DNA of 20,000 nucleotides from an uncultured virus (IMG/VR IMGVR_UViG_3300034106_004022) (taxonomy: Duplodnaviria > Heunggongvirae > Uroviricota > Caudoviricetes), in IMG/VR virus record IMGVR_UViG_3300034106_004022, positions 111,433 through 131,432 of that record; one strand, written 5' to 3'. Below, piece after piece: positions 6,588-14,252 of this stretch. The translations under genes were made by a program, and so were the position numbers. The notes under the pieces were generated by a model that had not been told where the DNA came from, did not search any database, and worked only from the letters and a program-made list of their open reading frames with translations. The stretch's first letter is position 1. Each line of letters opens with the position of its first letter.

Positions 6588-8705
6588 ATGAGTAAATTTA
6601 AAAAGTACGGAAATTCTTCTTATTGGTTAAAGGACTGGGAAGATGATGACATCATTGTTAATCAAATGAATGATGTGGAACGTAAATCACATGACCTTTA
6701 CAAATTAGCCGCTTCTAAACGAGCTATCTCCAACTTCGTTAATATCGTTACCAACGATTCAATTCCTGTTAAATTTAGTACACGTGGTGATTCCTATACC
6801 GATGGTAAGACTGTGGTAATTGGTTCACAAATCGTAGACCCTAAGGATTTTGATGTGGCTGTTGGATTAGCATTGCACGAAGGTTCTCACATTAAACTTT
6901 CAGATTTTAAAACATTAGGTGATATTTACAATTTGGTTCCATCTCATATTAAAGATGGGGCAATCAAAAAAGGTATTACTAATCCAATTTCAACTATCAA
7001 AGATATTTGGAATGTGGTTGAGGACCGTAGAATTGATTACTACGTTTTTACCTCCGCTCCGGGTTATAGAGATTACTATCGTTCAATGTACGATAAATAC
7101 TTTAATGACCCATTAATTGATAAGGGATTAACTTCAGATGAATATACTGAATCAACAATTGATTCTTATATGTTCCGAATCATTAACATTCACAACAAAA
7201 ATACAAACCTTAACGCTTTACCGGGTTTCACCGAAATCTATAAAACAATTGGTTTAGGTACTATTAACCGATTGAAATCTACCTTAGATACATTTAATGT
7301 GGCTATGGAAGTTTTTCAAATTATTCTAAATAACTTACCATCATTATCTGATGGTGAAGGTGAGGGTACTGGTGGACAGGGTGATTCTGAAGAAAATCAA
7401 AATCAAAATGGAAATGGTAATGGTAGTTCAAATGAATCACGTGAAATGAGTGATTCTGAATTTGATGATTTAATGGATTCATTGGATGGTTCATCTCCAA
7501 TGACGGGTGATATGGATAGTAAACCAACTGGTGGTTCTTCTATGGAAATTGAAATGCCTGAAGGTGTTGAGCGTGGTGAAGCAACTGAATCAACTGAAGG
7601 TGGTAAGGAATCAAATAAATTAACTCTTAGTGATAACCAAAAAAACCTCCTTAAAAAGAAAATTCAAAAGCAGAAAGAGTTTATGAGAGGTGAAATTCGT
7701 AAAAAATCTATCACTCGAACTGAAGCAAATAATGTTAACGCAATTGAGGAAAGTGGTTCAGAAATTACTTCAGTTGGTGCTGGTGTTAATGATGGTTGGG
7801 GTAACTCTCGAAAGGGTACAACTTGTATAGTAGTTAAGAAACTTACCAAATCATTATTTGAAAATCAAATGTTCCCAATGACTGATAACAATTGGTACAA
7901 ACCTGAAGAGACTGGATTGATTAAAATGCATTATGAGACTGAAGTTCAAAATGGAATTCGAATTGGAACTATATTAGGAAAGAAACTTCAGGTTAGAGGT
8001 GAGGACCGTTCTACGGTGTTCAATCGCCAAAAGAATGGTAGTATTGATAAACGAATGATTTCATCATTAGGATTTGGTAATGAAAATGTGTTCCAATATA
8101 TGGAAACCGATTCTTACAAAAAAGCTAACCTACATATCTCAATTGATGCTAGTGGTTCAATGGGTGGTTCTAAATGGGTTAATACCTTAACCAATGTGGT
8201 TGCACTTTGTAAAGCAGTTGATATGATTCAAAACCTATCAATTCAGGTTTCATTCAGAACTACACATGGTAATTCACCATATGTGGTTATGGCTTACGAT
8301 TCTCGTATTGATAAGTTCTCAAAGGTAAAACAAATGTTTCCGGCACTTAGAGCTGGTGGTACTACTCCTGAGGGATTATGTTTTGAGGCAATTATGAAGA
8401 ATTTCTTAGGTTCTAATAACGATATGGATTCTTACTTCCTAAACATCTCAGATGGTGAACCTTACTTTGAAGGTGGTTCTTTCCGATATAGTGGTGAACC
8501 GGCATTCGAACACACTCGTAAAATGGTTAAACAAATCGAAGGAATGGGAATTAAAACTCTTTCTTACTTTGTAGATGAGTGGTCAAATACAACCGAACCA
8601 TCTCGAGGATTTAAGAAGATGTATGGTAAGGGAGCTAAGAAAATCGATGTAACAAATGTGGCTCAAATAACTAAAACAATAAATGAGTTGTTCTTAACAA
8701 AATAA
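6588..8705 (+). CDS. metallopeptidase-like (HExxH) + vWA domain protein (CobT-like partner of a MoxR AAA+)
   Basis: SYTDGK.V.I, GLALHEGSH, WNVVEDRRID. Acidic G/S/N/E low-complexity linker. Complete MIDAS: SIDASGSM, GGTTPEG, ISDGEP. Confidence 0.88.
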   Translation: MSKFKKYGNSSYWLKDWEDDDIIVNQMNDVERKSHDLYKLAASKRAISNFVNIVTNDSIPVKFSTRGDSYTDGKTVVIGSQIVDPKDFDVAVGLALHEGSHIKLSDFKTLGDIYNLVPSHIKDGAIKKGITNPISTIKDIWNVVEDRRIDYYVFTSAPGYRDYYRSMYDKYFNDPLIDKGLTSDEYTESTIDSYMFRIINIHNKNTNLNALPGFTEIYKTIGLGTINRLKSTLDTFNVAMEVFQIILNNLPSLSDGEGEGTGGQGDSEENQNQNGNGNGSSNESREMSDSEFDDLMDSLDGSSPMTGDMDSKPTGGSSMEIEMPEGVERGEATESTEGGKESNKLTLSDNQKNLLKKKIQKQKEFMRGEIRKKSITRTEANNVNAIEESGSEITSVGAGVNDGWGNSRKGTTCIVVKKLTKSLFENQMFPMTDNNWYKPEETGLIKMHYETEVQNGIRIGTILGKKLQVRGEDRSTVFNRQKNGSIDKRMISSLGFGNENVFQYMETDSYKKANLHISIDASGSMGGSKWVNTLTNVVALCKAVDMIQNLSIQVSFRTTHGNSPYVVMAYDSRIDKFSKVKQMFPALRAGGTTPEGLCFEAIMKNFLGSNNDMDSYFLNISDGEPYFEGGSFRYSGEPAFEHTRKMVKQIEGMGIKTLSYFVDEWSNTTEPSRGFKKMYGKGAKKIDVTNVAQITKTINELFLTK

Positions 8706-8740
8706 TTCAAATTGTTAATAACTTTATTGAAAATAATTAG

Positions 8741-8770
8741 AAAAAGGCTTGTTTATCTCAAGTCTTTTTT
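8741..8770 (+). terminator. intrinsic terminator-like hairpin overlapping a promoter
   Basis: AAAAAGGCTTG-tttatct-CAAGTCTTTTTT (one G-U pair), 35 nt after the vWA gene stop. Confidence 0.6.
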
Positions 8771-8827
8771 GTATATTTGAGTATAAGATTGATAGATAGA
8801 TTAAATCACTTAAAAAACCCCTAAATT
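8748..8827 (+). promoter_or_regulatory. promoter-leader cassette B, copy 2
   Basis: CTTG 8748-8751, N20, TATATTTG 8772-8779; AAACCCCTAA before the ATG at 8828. Confidence 0.85.
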
Positions 8828-9052
8828 ATGGCTAAAAGTAAAAAAACGATTGAAGTTAGTACTATGTTGGATTGGGCTAATGAACAACTAAAACGAACCG
8901 ATGAGTTCGCTACAGTGGCATTTAAGGCTGGCATTGCCACCACCATTGAAAGAATCCTATTCAATACCAATAATTACAAAGGATTTGGGTTTATAGACAA
9001 CGCAGATTCGGATACTGGTACATTAGGTTATTATAGTCGATTTTATTATTAA
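8828..9052 (+). CDS. hypothetical phage protein (74 aa)
   Basis: Has its own promoter cassette; IERILFNTNNYKGF segment; no function recognised. Confidence 0.75.
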   Translation: MAKSKKTIEVSTMLDWANEQLKRTDEFATVAFKAGIATTIERILFNTNNYKGFGFIDNADSDTGTLGYYSRFYY

Positions 9053-9078
9053 AAAAAGCAAAAATAATTGGCAAAAAG

Positions 9079-9146
9079 CTTGTTTATATCAGAAATTGTT
9101 CGTATATTAGACAGGTAATTGAGAGAGTAATTAATTAAAACCCTAA
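9079..9146 (+). promoter_or_regulatory. promoter-leader cassette A, copy 2
   Basis: CTTG 9079-9082, N20, TATATTAG 9103-9110; near-identical to 6292-6359. Confidence 0.85.
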
Positions 9147-9157
9147 AATAAATAAAA

Positions 9158-10366
9158 ATGAAAGATTTAAAAATTGGATTCGTAGGAAATGAGGTTTACA
9201 AAGTAGAAGCTTTTGGTAACTCATTTAAGTTAATTGACACTAAAGGTCAAAAAGTTGGTACAATGGGTATCGGAACCGGTACTCGTAAAGATGCATTTGA
9301 GCAGGGATTGGCTCTTCAGGCATTCGTTCAAAAGAATGGTAAGAAGGTTTTCCGAAAAGTGGGAATGGAAGTTTATAATAACTTAGTTTCCCCAATGAAT
9401 ACCGATAATGGTGGTGTTCAATTTGAAGATAAAGGTGACCATAACGCAATCAAAGATTTCATTCACAATAGTTCAATTGATTTGAAACCAATTGAATTGG
9501 TGATGACACCTCTAAAGTGGAAATACTTAGTTCGTTCAGCTGTTAGAGCTAAAAACATTATGATGACTGGACCTGCTGGTTGTGGTAAAACAATGGCAGC
9601 TAAAGCATTGGTTAAAGCACTTGACCGACCTGATTTCTACTTCAACTTAGGAGCAACGCAAGACCCTCGTGCTACTTTGATTGGTAATACTCACTTTGAT
9701 AAAAACAAAGGAACTTTCTTCGCTGAATCGGCATTCGTTAAAGCAATTAAAACTCCAAACGCTGTGATTCTATTAGATGAGTTGAGTAGAGCTCACCCTG
9801 ATGCTTGGAACATTTTGATGACCGTTTTAGATGGTGGACAACGTTACTTACGTTTGGATGAGGCTGAAGGTTCACCAATTGTTAAAGTGGCTGAAGGTGT
9901 TACCTTTATCGCTACCGCTAACATAGGTTCTGAATATACTTCGACTAGGGTAATCGATAGGGCTATCTTAGACCGTTTCGTAACTATCGAAATGGATGTT
10001 CTAAATGATGAGCAGGAATTTGGATTGTTAAAGTTTATGTTCCCTGAGGTTAATGATTATGATTTGAAAGCAATCGCTGAAATCGCTCACCACACTCGAA
10101 CTCAATCGATGAGTGATTCTGGTAAAGTTACCGCTATGGTATCGACGAGAGCTAGTGTTGAAATGGCTGGATTAATTTATGATGGATTCGATTTATTCGA
10201 ATCAGCTGAAATTTCAATCTTCCCATTCTTCTCTAATGATGGTGGTGTAGATTCTGAAAGAACTTATGTGAAACAACTGGTTCAAAAATATGTTAAAGAT
10301 ACATCAGCAGAAGCTCTTTTTACCGAACAAAAAGAAGAGTTAGTAGATGAAATCCCAATGTTCTAA
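9158..10366 (+). CDS. MoxR/CbbQ/CobS-like AAA+ ATPase
   Basis: Walker A GPAGCGKT, LIG, Walker B VILLDELSRA, sensor FIATAN, DRAILDRF arginine finger, STR sensor II. Confidence 0.92.
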   Translation: MKDLKIGFVGNEVYKVEAFGNSFKLIDTKGQKVGTMGIGTGTRKDAFEQGLALQAFVQKNGKKVFRKVGMEVYNNLVSPMNTDNGGVQFEDKGDHNAIKDFIHNSSIDLKPIELVMTPLKWKYLVRSAVRAKNIMMTGPAGCGKTMAAKALVKALDRPDFYFNLGATQDPRATLIGNTHFDKNKGTFFAESAFVKAIKTPNAVILLDELSRAHPDAWNILMTVLDGGQRYLRLDEAEGSPIVKVAEGVTFIATANIGSEYTSTRVIDRAILDRFVTIEMDVLNDEQEFGLLKFMFPEVNDYDLKAIAEIAHHTRTQSMSDSGKVTAMVSTRASVEMAGLIYDGFDLFESAEISIFPFFSNDGGVDSERTYVKQLVQKYVKDTSAEALFTEQKEELVDEIPMF

Positions 10367-10384
10367 GGTTAATCAATTATAAAT

Positions 10385-10414
10385 GAGATGGGGGGTAATA
10401 CCCCCCTGAATCTC
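10385..10414 (+). terminator. GC-rich stem-loop downstream of the AAA+ gene (terminator or RNA stability element)
   Basis: GAGAT-GGGGGGT-AAT-ACCCCCC-tga-ATCTC; no adjacent U-tract. Confidence 0.5.
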
Positions 10415-10438
10415 TAAATTCAAAAAAAAAGATTAACT

Positions 10439-10774
10439 ATGAAAATACTCCAAACAATAGATTGGAAAATGCGAAAGTTCAATTTAAATATAAAATTACT
10501 TAATATATACATCAACGGACCTTATGAACAATGGGGTGTTGAAATTCTGAAAATAACAAAGGGATTGCATTCTTATTATTTATTTAAATTTTTATGTTTC
10601 TTACCAAATTACACAAACCGATTTAGATTTAGATGGGAGGGTGATTTGTTCTTTTTAAGGAATACTTTAGCAAAGCAATTGGATGAGTTGCAAGACCACA
10701 AAGTATGGTCACCTCGAACATTCAATAAATTCCACAAAATAAAATACAATGTATTAAAATTCATATTACGATGA
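10439..10774 (+). CDS. hypothetical protein (111 aa, basic/aromatic)
   Basis: ORF fills the gap and overlaps the ligase start (ATGA). Confidence 0.6.
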   Translation: MKILQTIDWKMRKFNLNIKLLNIYINGPYEQWGVEILKITKGLHSYYLFKFLCFLPNYTNRFRFRWEGDLFFLRNTLAKQLDELQDHKVWSPRTFNKFHKIKYNVLKFILR

Positions 10775-11865
10775 AATTAGAAACGATTTACAAAAAAACT
10801 AAGACAGGTGCAACTCAAGAGTGGACAATTGAAGTATCCGATAATAAATACAGAACTCATAGTGGACAATGTGGTGGAGTAATTACCACAAACACATGGA
10901 CAGTTGTGTATGGTAAAAATGAAGGTAAAGCAAATGGTACTACTGATAACGAACAAGCTCTTAAAGAAGCAATAGCTAAGAGAACTAAAAAGTTAGAGAG
11001 TGGTTATTTTGAAAGTATTAATAACATTGATACTAAACAATACTTTGAACCTATGTTGGCGGCCAAGTGGGAAGATTACAAAGATAAAATTGAATACCCA
11101 ATATTCTCTCAACCAAAATTAGATGGTATCCGATGTATCCTTACCAAAGATGGTATGTTTAGTAGGAATGGTAAACCAATTGTATCAGCACCTCACATTT
11201 TTGAATCAATGAAATATTTGTTTGATGAGAATCCAAATCTAATATTTGATGGAGAATTGTACGCTGATAAGTTCGCTAATGATTTCAATAAGATTGTATC
11301 GTTGGTGAAAAAAACAAAGCCAACTCCATCTGATTTAGAGGAATGTAAAAAAGTAATCAAATACCATATCTATGATTTCCCATCACATGGTGGTGAATTT
11401 GTTGAAAGATTCAAAGCATTGTATGGTGTTAAGTTACCATCTACTTGTGAGTTTGTAACAACCCACCCTGTTAGGGATGAGGCTGGTGTTATGGATTTGT
11501 ATGGTAAATATGTTGAGCAGGGTTATGAGGGGCAAATGCTTCGTACTGGTGGACTTTATGAGAATAAACGAAGTAAGTACCTTTTGAAGCATAAATCCTT
11601 TGTAGATGAGGAATATACGATTTTAGATATATGTGAAGGTGAGGGTAACCGAACCGGCACTTGTGGATATATGGTATTTAATACCAAAGATGGAAAGCGA
11701 TTCAAATCAAATGTAAAGGGGACATTTGCTGAAACAGCTGAGATTTTAGAAAACAAAGATTCCTTGATAGGTAAAGAAGCAACTGTTAAGTACTTTAACC
11801 TAACACCGGATGGAATTCCCCGATTTCCTTATGTTATAAAAATAAATAGAAATGAGTATGAGTAA
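10771..11865 (+). CDS. lig: ATP-dependent DNA ligase with WGR-like N-terminal extension
   Basis: PMLA, motif I QPKLDGIRC, FSRNGK, motif III IFDGELY, IIIa YHIYD, IV GYEGQMLR, V LLKHK, OB-fold with VI PRFP. Confidence 0.95.
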   Translation: MKLETIYKKTKTGATQEWTIEVSDNKYRTHSGQCGGVITTNTWTVVYGKNEGKANGTTDNEQALKEAIAKRTKKLESGYFESINNIDTKQYFEPMLAAKWEDYKDKIEYPIFSQPKLDGIRCILTKDGMFSRNGKPIVSAPHIFESMKYLFDENPNLIFDGELYADKFANDFNKIVSLVKKTKPTPSDLEECKKVIKYHIYDFPSHGGEFVERFKALYGVKLPSTCEFVTTHPVRDEAGVMDLYGKYVEQGYEGQMLRTGGLYENKRSKYLLKHKSFVDEEYTILDICEGEGNRTGTCGYMVFNTKDGKRFKSNVKGTFAETAEILENKDSLIGKEATVKYFNLTPDGIPRFPYVIKINRNEYE

Positions 11866-11998
11866 AGACACCAAAGATTGGATGGAAAAGTTAGTAAAGA
11901 ACTATCGAATTCCATTGGAAGAGGACAAATCCAAAAAACAAGAACCAAAGAAACTATTGAAAGAATCACAATTAAAAAAGATTTTGGAAAGAAATTAG
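11858..11998 (+). CDS. small charged hypothetical protein (46 aa); not in the ORF track
   Basis: My translation: MSKDTKDWMEKLVKNYRIPLEEDKSKKQEPKKLLKESQLKKILERN*. Overlaps the ligase stop. Confidence 0.6.
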   Translation: MSKDTKDWMEKLVKNYRIPLEEDKSKKQEPKKLLKESQLKKILERN

Positions 11999-12026
11999 GT
12001 TATTTGAATTATTTTTTGTATATTTG
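11995..12026 (+). promoter_or_regulatory. Bacteroidota-type promoter
   Basis: TTAG 11995-11998, N20, TATATTTG 12019-12026. Confidence 0.65.
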
Positions 12027-12072
12027 AAATATGAATTACTATAATATACAAGCATTCGTAAAAAAGATAAAG

Positions 12073-12336
12073 ATGAAAACATTCAAAGATTTAGAATTTA
12101 AACCACATACTGCCGGAATGGGAGGTGTGATGAGTCGTATCATATTTGAAAATGGATATGGTGCTAGTGTAGTTAAGACCCCATATACCTATGGTGGTGA
12201 TAGGGGAAAATATGAATTAGCAGTATTAGGTACTGATGGTGATTTGACATATGATACTCCAATTACAGATGATGTTATTGGGTATTTATCAGAAACAGAA
12301 GTTACTGATATATTAGAACAAATCCAAAAATTGTAA
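12073..12336 (+). CDS. conserved phage hypothetical protein (start 12073 or 12031)
   Basis: FENGYGASVV...YGG..GKYELAVL...YDTPITDDVIGYL is a pattern I recognise from small phage proteins of unknown function. Confidence 0.8.
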   Translation: MKTFKDLEFKPHTAGMGGVMSRIIFENGYGASVVKTPYTYGGDRGKYELAVLGTDGDLTYDTPITDDVIGYLSETEVTDILEQIQKL

Positions 12337-12337
12337 T

Positions 12338-12799
12338 ATGGCATATAATAAATTCCGTTGGTACACATCTAAACTTAGAAAGAAGCCACTACCAAAATCA
12401 GCTCCATTACTCCGAAGGATTCAAAATGGTGATTTTGAAGTTTCACCTTATTTTGATGAGGCAAAGTATAATAGAGAACTTGCGATTGAAGCTTATGAAT
12501 TGACTAAAAAGAATGCACTTATTTCAGACCCAGCTCAATTAGAGATGGAGGCATTGTATGCTGGTAGAATTAAAAGAGTAAAAGCTCTTAAGTTAGATGA
12601 AGTAGGTAATACTGATGAGAATAAACGATTGCGAGAATTACAAAGAGCATTAGCCGAAGAATTCGAAAAGGATTTATGGGAGAAGGCTATGGAAAGAAAG
12701 CGGGGTAAGGGTACTACTGAAGATTTATATTGGTGGTATAAAAAACAATGTAAGCTTGGTTACACTAAATCAGAATTACAAATTAGAGGAATCATATGA
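12338..12799 (+). CDS. hypothetical protein (153 aa)
   Basis: Long ORF in an operon-like arrangement; helical, charged; FRWY...PL...APLL.RIQNGDFE N-terminus. Confidence 0.75.
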   Translation: MAYNKFRWYTSKLRKKPLPKSAPLLRRIQNGDFEVSPYFDEAKYNRELAIEAYELTKKNALISDPAQLEMEALYAGRIKRVKALKLDEVGNTDENKRLRELQRALAEEFEKDLWEKAMERKRGKGTTEDLYWWYKKQCKLGYTKSELQIRGII

Positions 12800-12972
12800 A
12801 AGAAGCATACTTTAAAGTACTAAATACAATTAAAACTGCACAATACGCTGCAATGGCAAATGGAAGTGTGAAAAAATTAATAAATAATTTTAGTAATATG
12901 TATGATGACAAGGATTTAATTGAATCTTTGGATACTATTTATAATGAAAAACTAAAAGAATATCAACTATAA
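12796..12972 (+). CDS. small hypothetical protein (58 aa); not in the ORF track
   Basis: ATGA overlap. My translation: MKEAYFKVLNTIKTAQYAAMANGSVKKLINNFSNMYDDKDLIESLDTIYNEKLKEYQL*. Confidence 0.6.
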   Translation: MKEAYFKVLNTIKTAQYAAMANGSVKKLINNFSNMYDDKDLIESLDTIYNEKLKEYQL

Positions 12973-12983
12973 TACTTATTGAT

Positions 12984-13259
12984 ATGGAAATGATTAAAAG
13001 CAGATACGGATTAGAGAGAGTTATCGAAAAATTAGATACCAATAGACTTAGGATTACTGGGGAATCTCAATTTCAAAGAACATCAACAAATGATTCCGGT
13101 GAAACGGTAATGTTTGACTTTGAAGGTGGACCGGTATTATCGGTAGGAGGAGTACTTAATTTTCAAAAATCAAAATGGATTATAACATCAATCACACCAA
13201 TTGATTCAAAGTACGAAGGATTGGTAGAATGCATTGTAGGGGTTAAATTATCTTATTAG
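12984..13259 (+). CDS. hypothetical protein (91 aa, beta-rich)
   Basis: KSRYGLER...MFDFEGGPVLSVG; fits the gene-dense layout. Confidence 0.75.
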   Translation: MEMIKSRYGLERVIEKLDTNRLRITGESQFQRTSTNDSGETVMFDFEGGPVLSVGGVLNFQKSKWIITSITPIDSKYEGLVECIVGVKLSY

Positions 13260-13270
13260 GAGAATAGATT

Positions 13271-13465
13271 ATGTTTGGTTTACTATCAGAGGCAGAAGTA
13301 CAAGACCCACTTATCACTAAAAAGATATTGGAATCACTTACAGCGGCCCAAAACAAAATGTTGAACGATGGTAGACTTCTAATCAACCCTATAACAGGGG
13401 ATACAATAGTACCCATTCGGGTATCACAAAATCAAATAGCAAAAATTGTAATTAATATATTTTAA
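13271..13465 (+). CDS. hypothetical protein (64 aa)
   Basis: ORF in a tandem array with short gaps. Confidence 0.6.
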   Translation: MFGLLSEAEVQDPLITKKILESLTAAQNKMLNDGRLLINPITGDTIVPIRVSQNQIAKIVINIF

Positions 13466-13466
13466 G

Positions 13467-13577
13467 ATGGAAATCAAATATCCAACTTTTAAGTATTTTA
13501 ATGAAGAGTGGAATAACGAACCCCACACCGATGATGAGTATGGAGATACGCATGTAGATGGTGTAGATGAAATTTAG
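13467..13577 (+). CDS. very small acidic peptide (36 aa); not in the ORF track
   Basis: My translation: MEIKYPTFKYFNEEWNNEPHTDDEYGDTHVDGVDEI*. Starts 1 nt after the upstream stop. Confidence 0.5.
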   Translation: MEIKYPTFKYFNEEWNNEPHTDDEYGDTHVDGVDEI

Positions 13578-13582
13578 TTATT

Positions 13583-13647
13583 GGGATTAAGGGGATACCT
13601 CCTTTTCATCGATTCGGTGGGGGGTGAGTCGCAACCTTAATTTTTTT
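13583..13647 (+). other. GC-rich long imperfect stem-loop followed by a T-tract (terminator or structured RNA)
   Basis: ATTAAGG pairs with CCTTAAT, ACCTCC with GGGGGT, CATCG with CGGTG around an ATT loop; then TTTTTT. Confidence 0.55.
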
Positions 13648-13714
13648 GATAGTTTTGTTATATTTATACTTATATTTGAATATTACATTTAGCTATCCTT
13701 ACACTTATTACTAT

Positions 13715-13933
13715 ATGAATAACTCCGCACATCCGAATCCACAACGTAGTAGATTAGAAAGATTTATATACGAAATACAAAGCCGCTTGGGAATACAACC
13801 AAAATGGGAAAGGGATTTACTTCAAACCGATGAGAAGTTAAAGACGTATAAGGAGTTTAAGGATAAGGGGATATGTAGTACATTGTATTACTTAAGAATA
13901 AATTTTTTAAAAGGATGGACAATAAAATTATAG
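13715..13933 (+). CDS. hypothetical protein (72 aa; likely start at ATG 13715)
   Basis: The upstream extension in the ORF track runs through AT-rich intergenic DNA; MNNSAHPNPQRSRLERF... is the plausible product. Confidence 0.55.
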   Translation: MNNSAHPNPQRSRLERFIYEIQSRLGIQPKWERDLLQTDEKLKTYKEFKDKGICSTLYYLRINFLKGWTIKL

Positions 13934-14124
13934 AGTTAATCAACAAATACCCAAACGATGCTGAGTTGGGAAATGTTATCCGTAGAGCGTATTGGAGAGA
14001 ATCCACAACTGGGGAGAAAATCTTTGAATCCCCGGATAAGGGAAAAACGATATACTCCCGTCAAAGTGGTGAAACCGAACGAACTTTAGTAGATAGGCAG
14101 ATGGAGATACCATATGAGGGATAA
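13915..14124 (+). CDS. small phage hypothetical protein (69 aa)
   Basis: KYPNDAELGNVIR and IFESPDKGKTIYSR segments resemble small phage proteins. Confidence 0.7.
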   Translation: MDNKIIELINKYPNDAELGNVIRRAYWRESTTGEKIFESPDKGKTIYSRQSGETERTLVDRQMEIPYEG

Positions 14125-14221
14125 ACTAAAAAGGTTTTGGAAGAGGTTAGTATCTCTTACATTAGAAGCTGGGGAAGGGATATGGGAAGCAACCAAAAAT
14201 GGAAATTATCCATATTTATAG
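14114..14221 (+). CDS. very small hypothetical peptide (35 aa); not in the ORF track
   Basis: My translation: MRDKLKRFWKRLVSLTLEAGEGIWEATKNGNYPYL*. Overlaps the upstream stop. Confidence 0.45.
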   Translation: MRDKLKRFWKRLVSLTLEAGEGIWEATKNGNYPYL

Positions 14222-14252
14222 GGGAGTTAAGTAACAACCCAATTTCGAGTCT

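Noticed and set aside
6292..9146. Repeats considered as a CRISPR array, att sites or IS ends
   Set aside because: Copies are separated by whole genes, sit directly upstream of start codons and contain promoter boxes; no cas, integrase or transposase gene is in the window.
6588..10366. Cobalamin biosynthesis (true CobS/CobT cobaltochelatase)
   Set aside because: No CobN or other cob genes in the window; a generic MoxR/vWA pair explains the motifs.
12073..12100. MKTFKDLEF resembles the start of T4 internal-protein targeting sequences
   Set aside because: Short match, not similar to the MIxLxE/D leader seen at 15025-16187, and the gene sits behind a host-type promoter; likely coincidence.
13583..13647. 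tRNA candidate (GC-rich, contains GATTCG)
   Set aside because: No cloverleaf, D-arm, anticodon arm or CCA end could be built; it folds as one long stem-loop.
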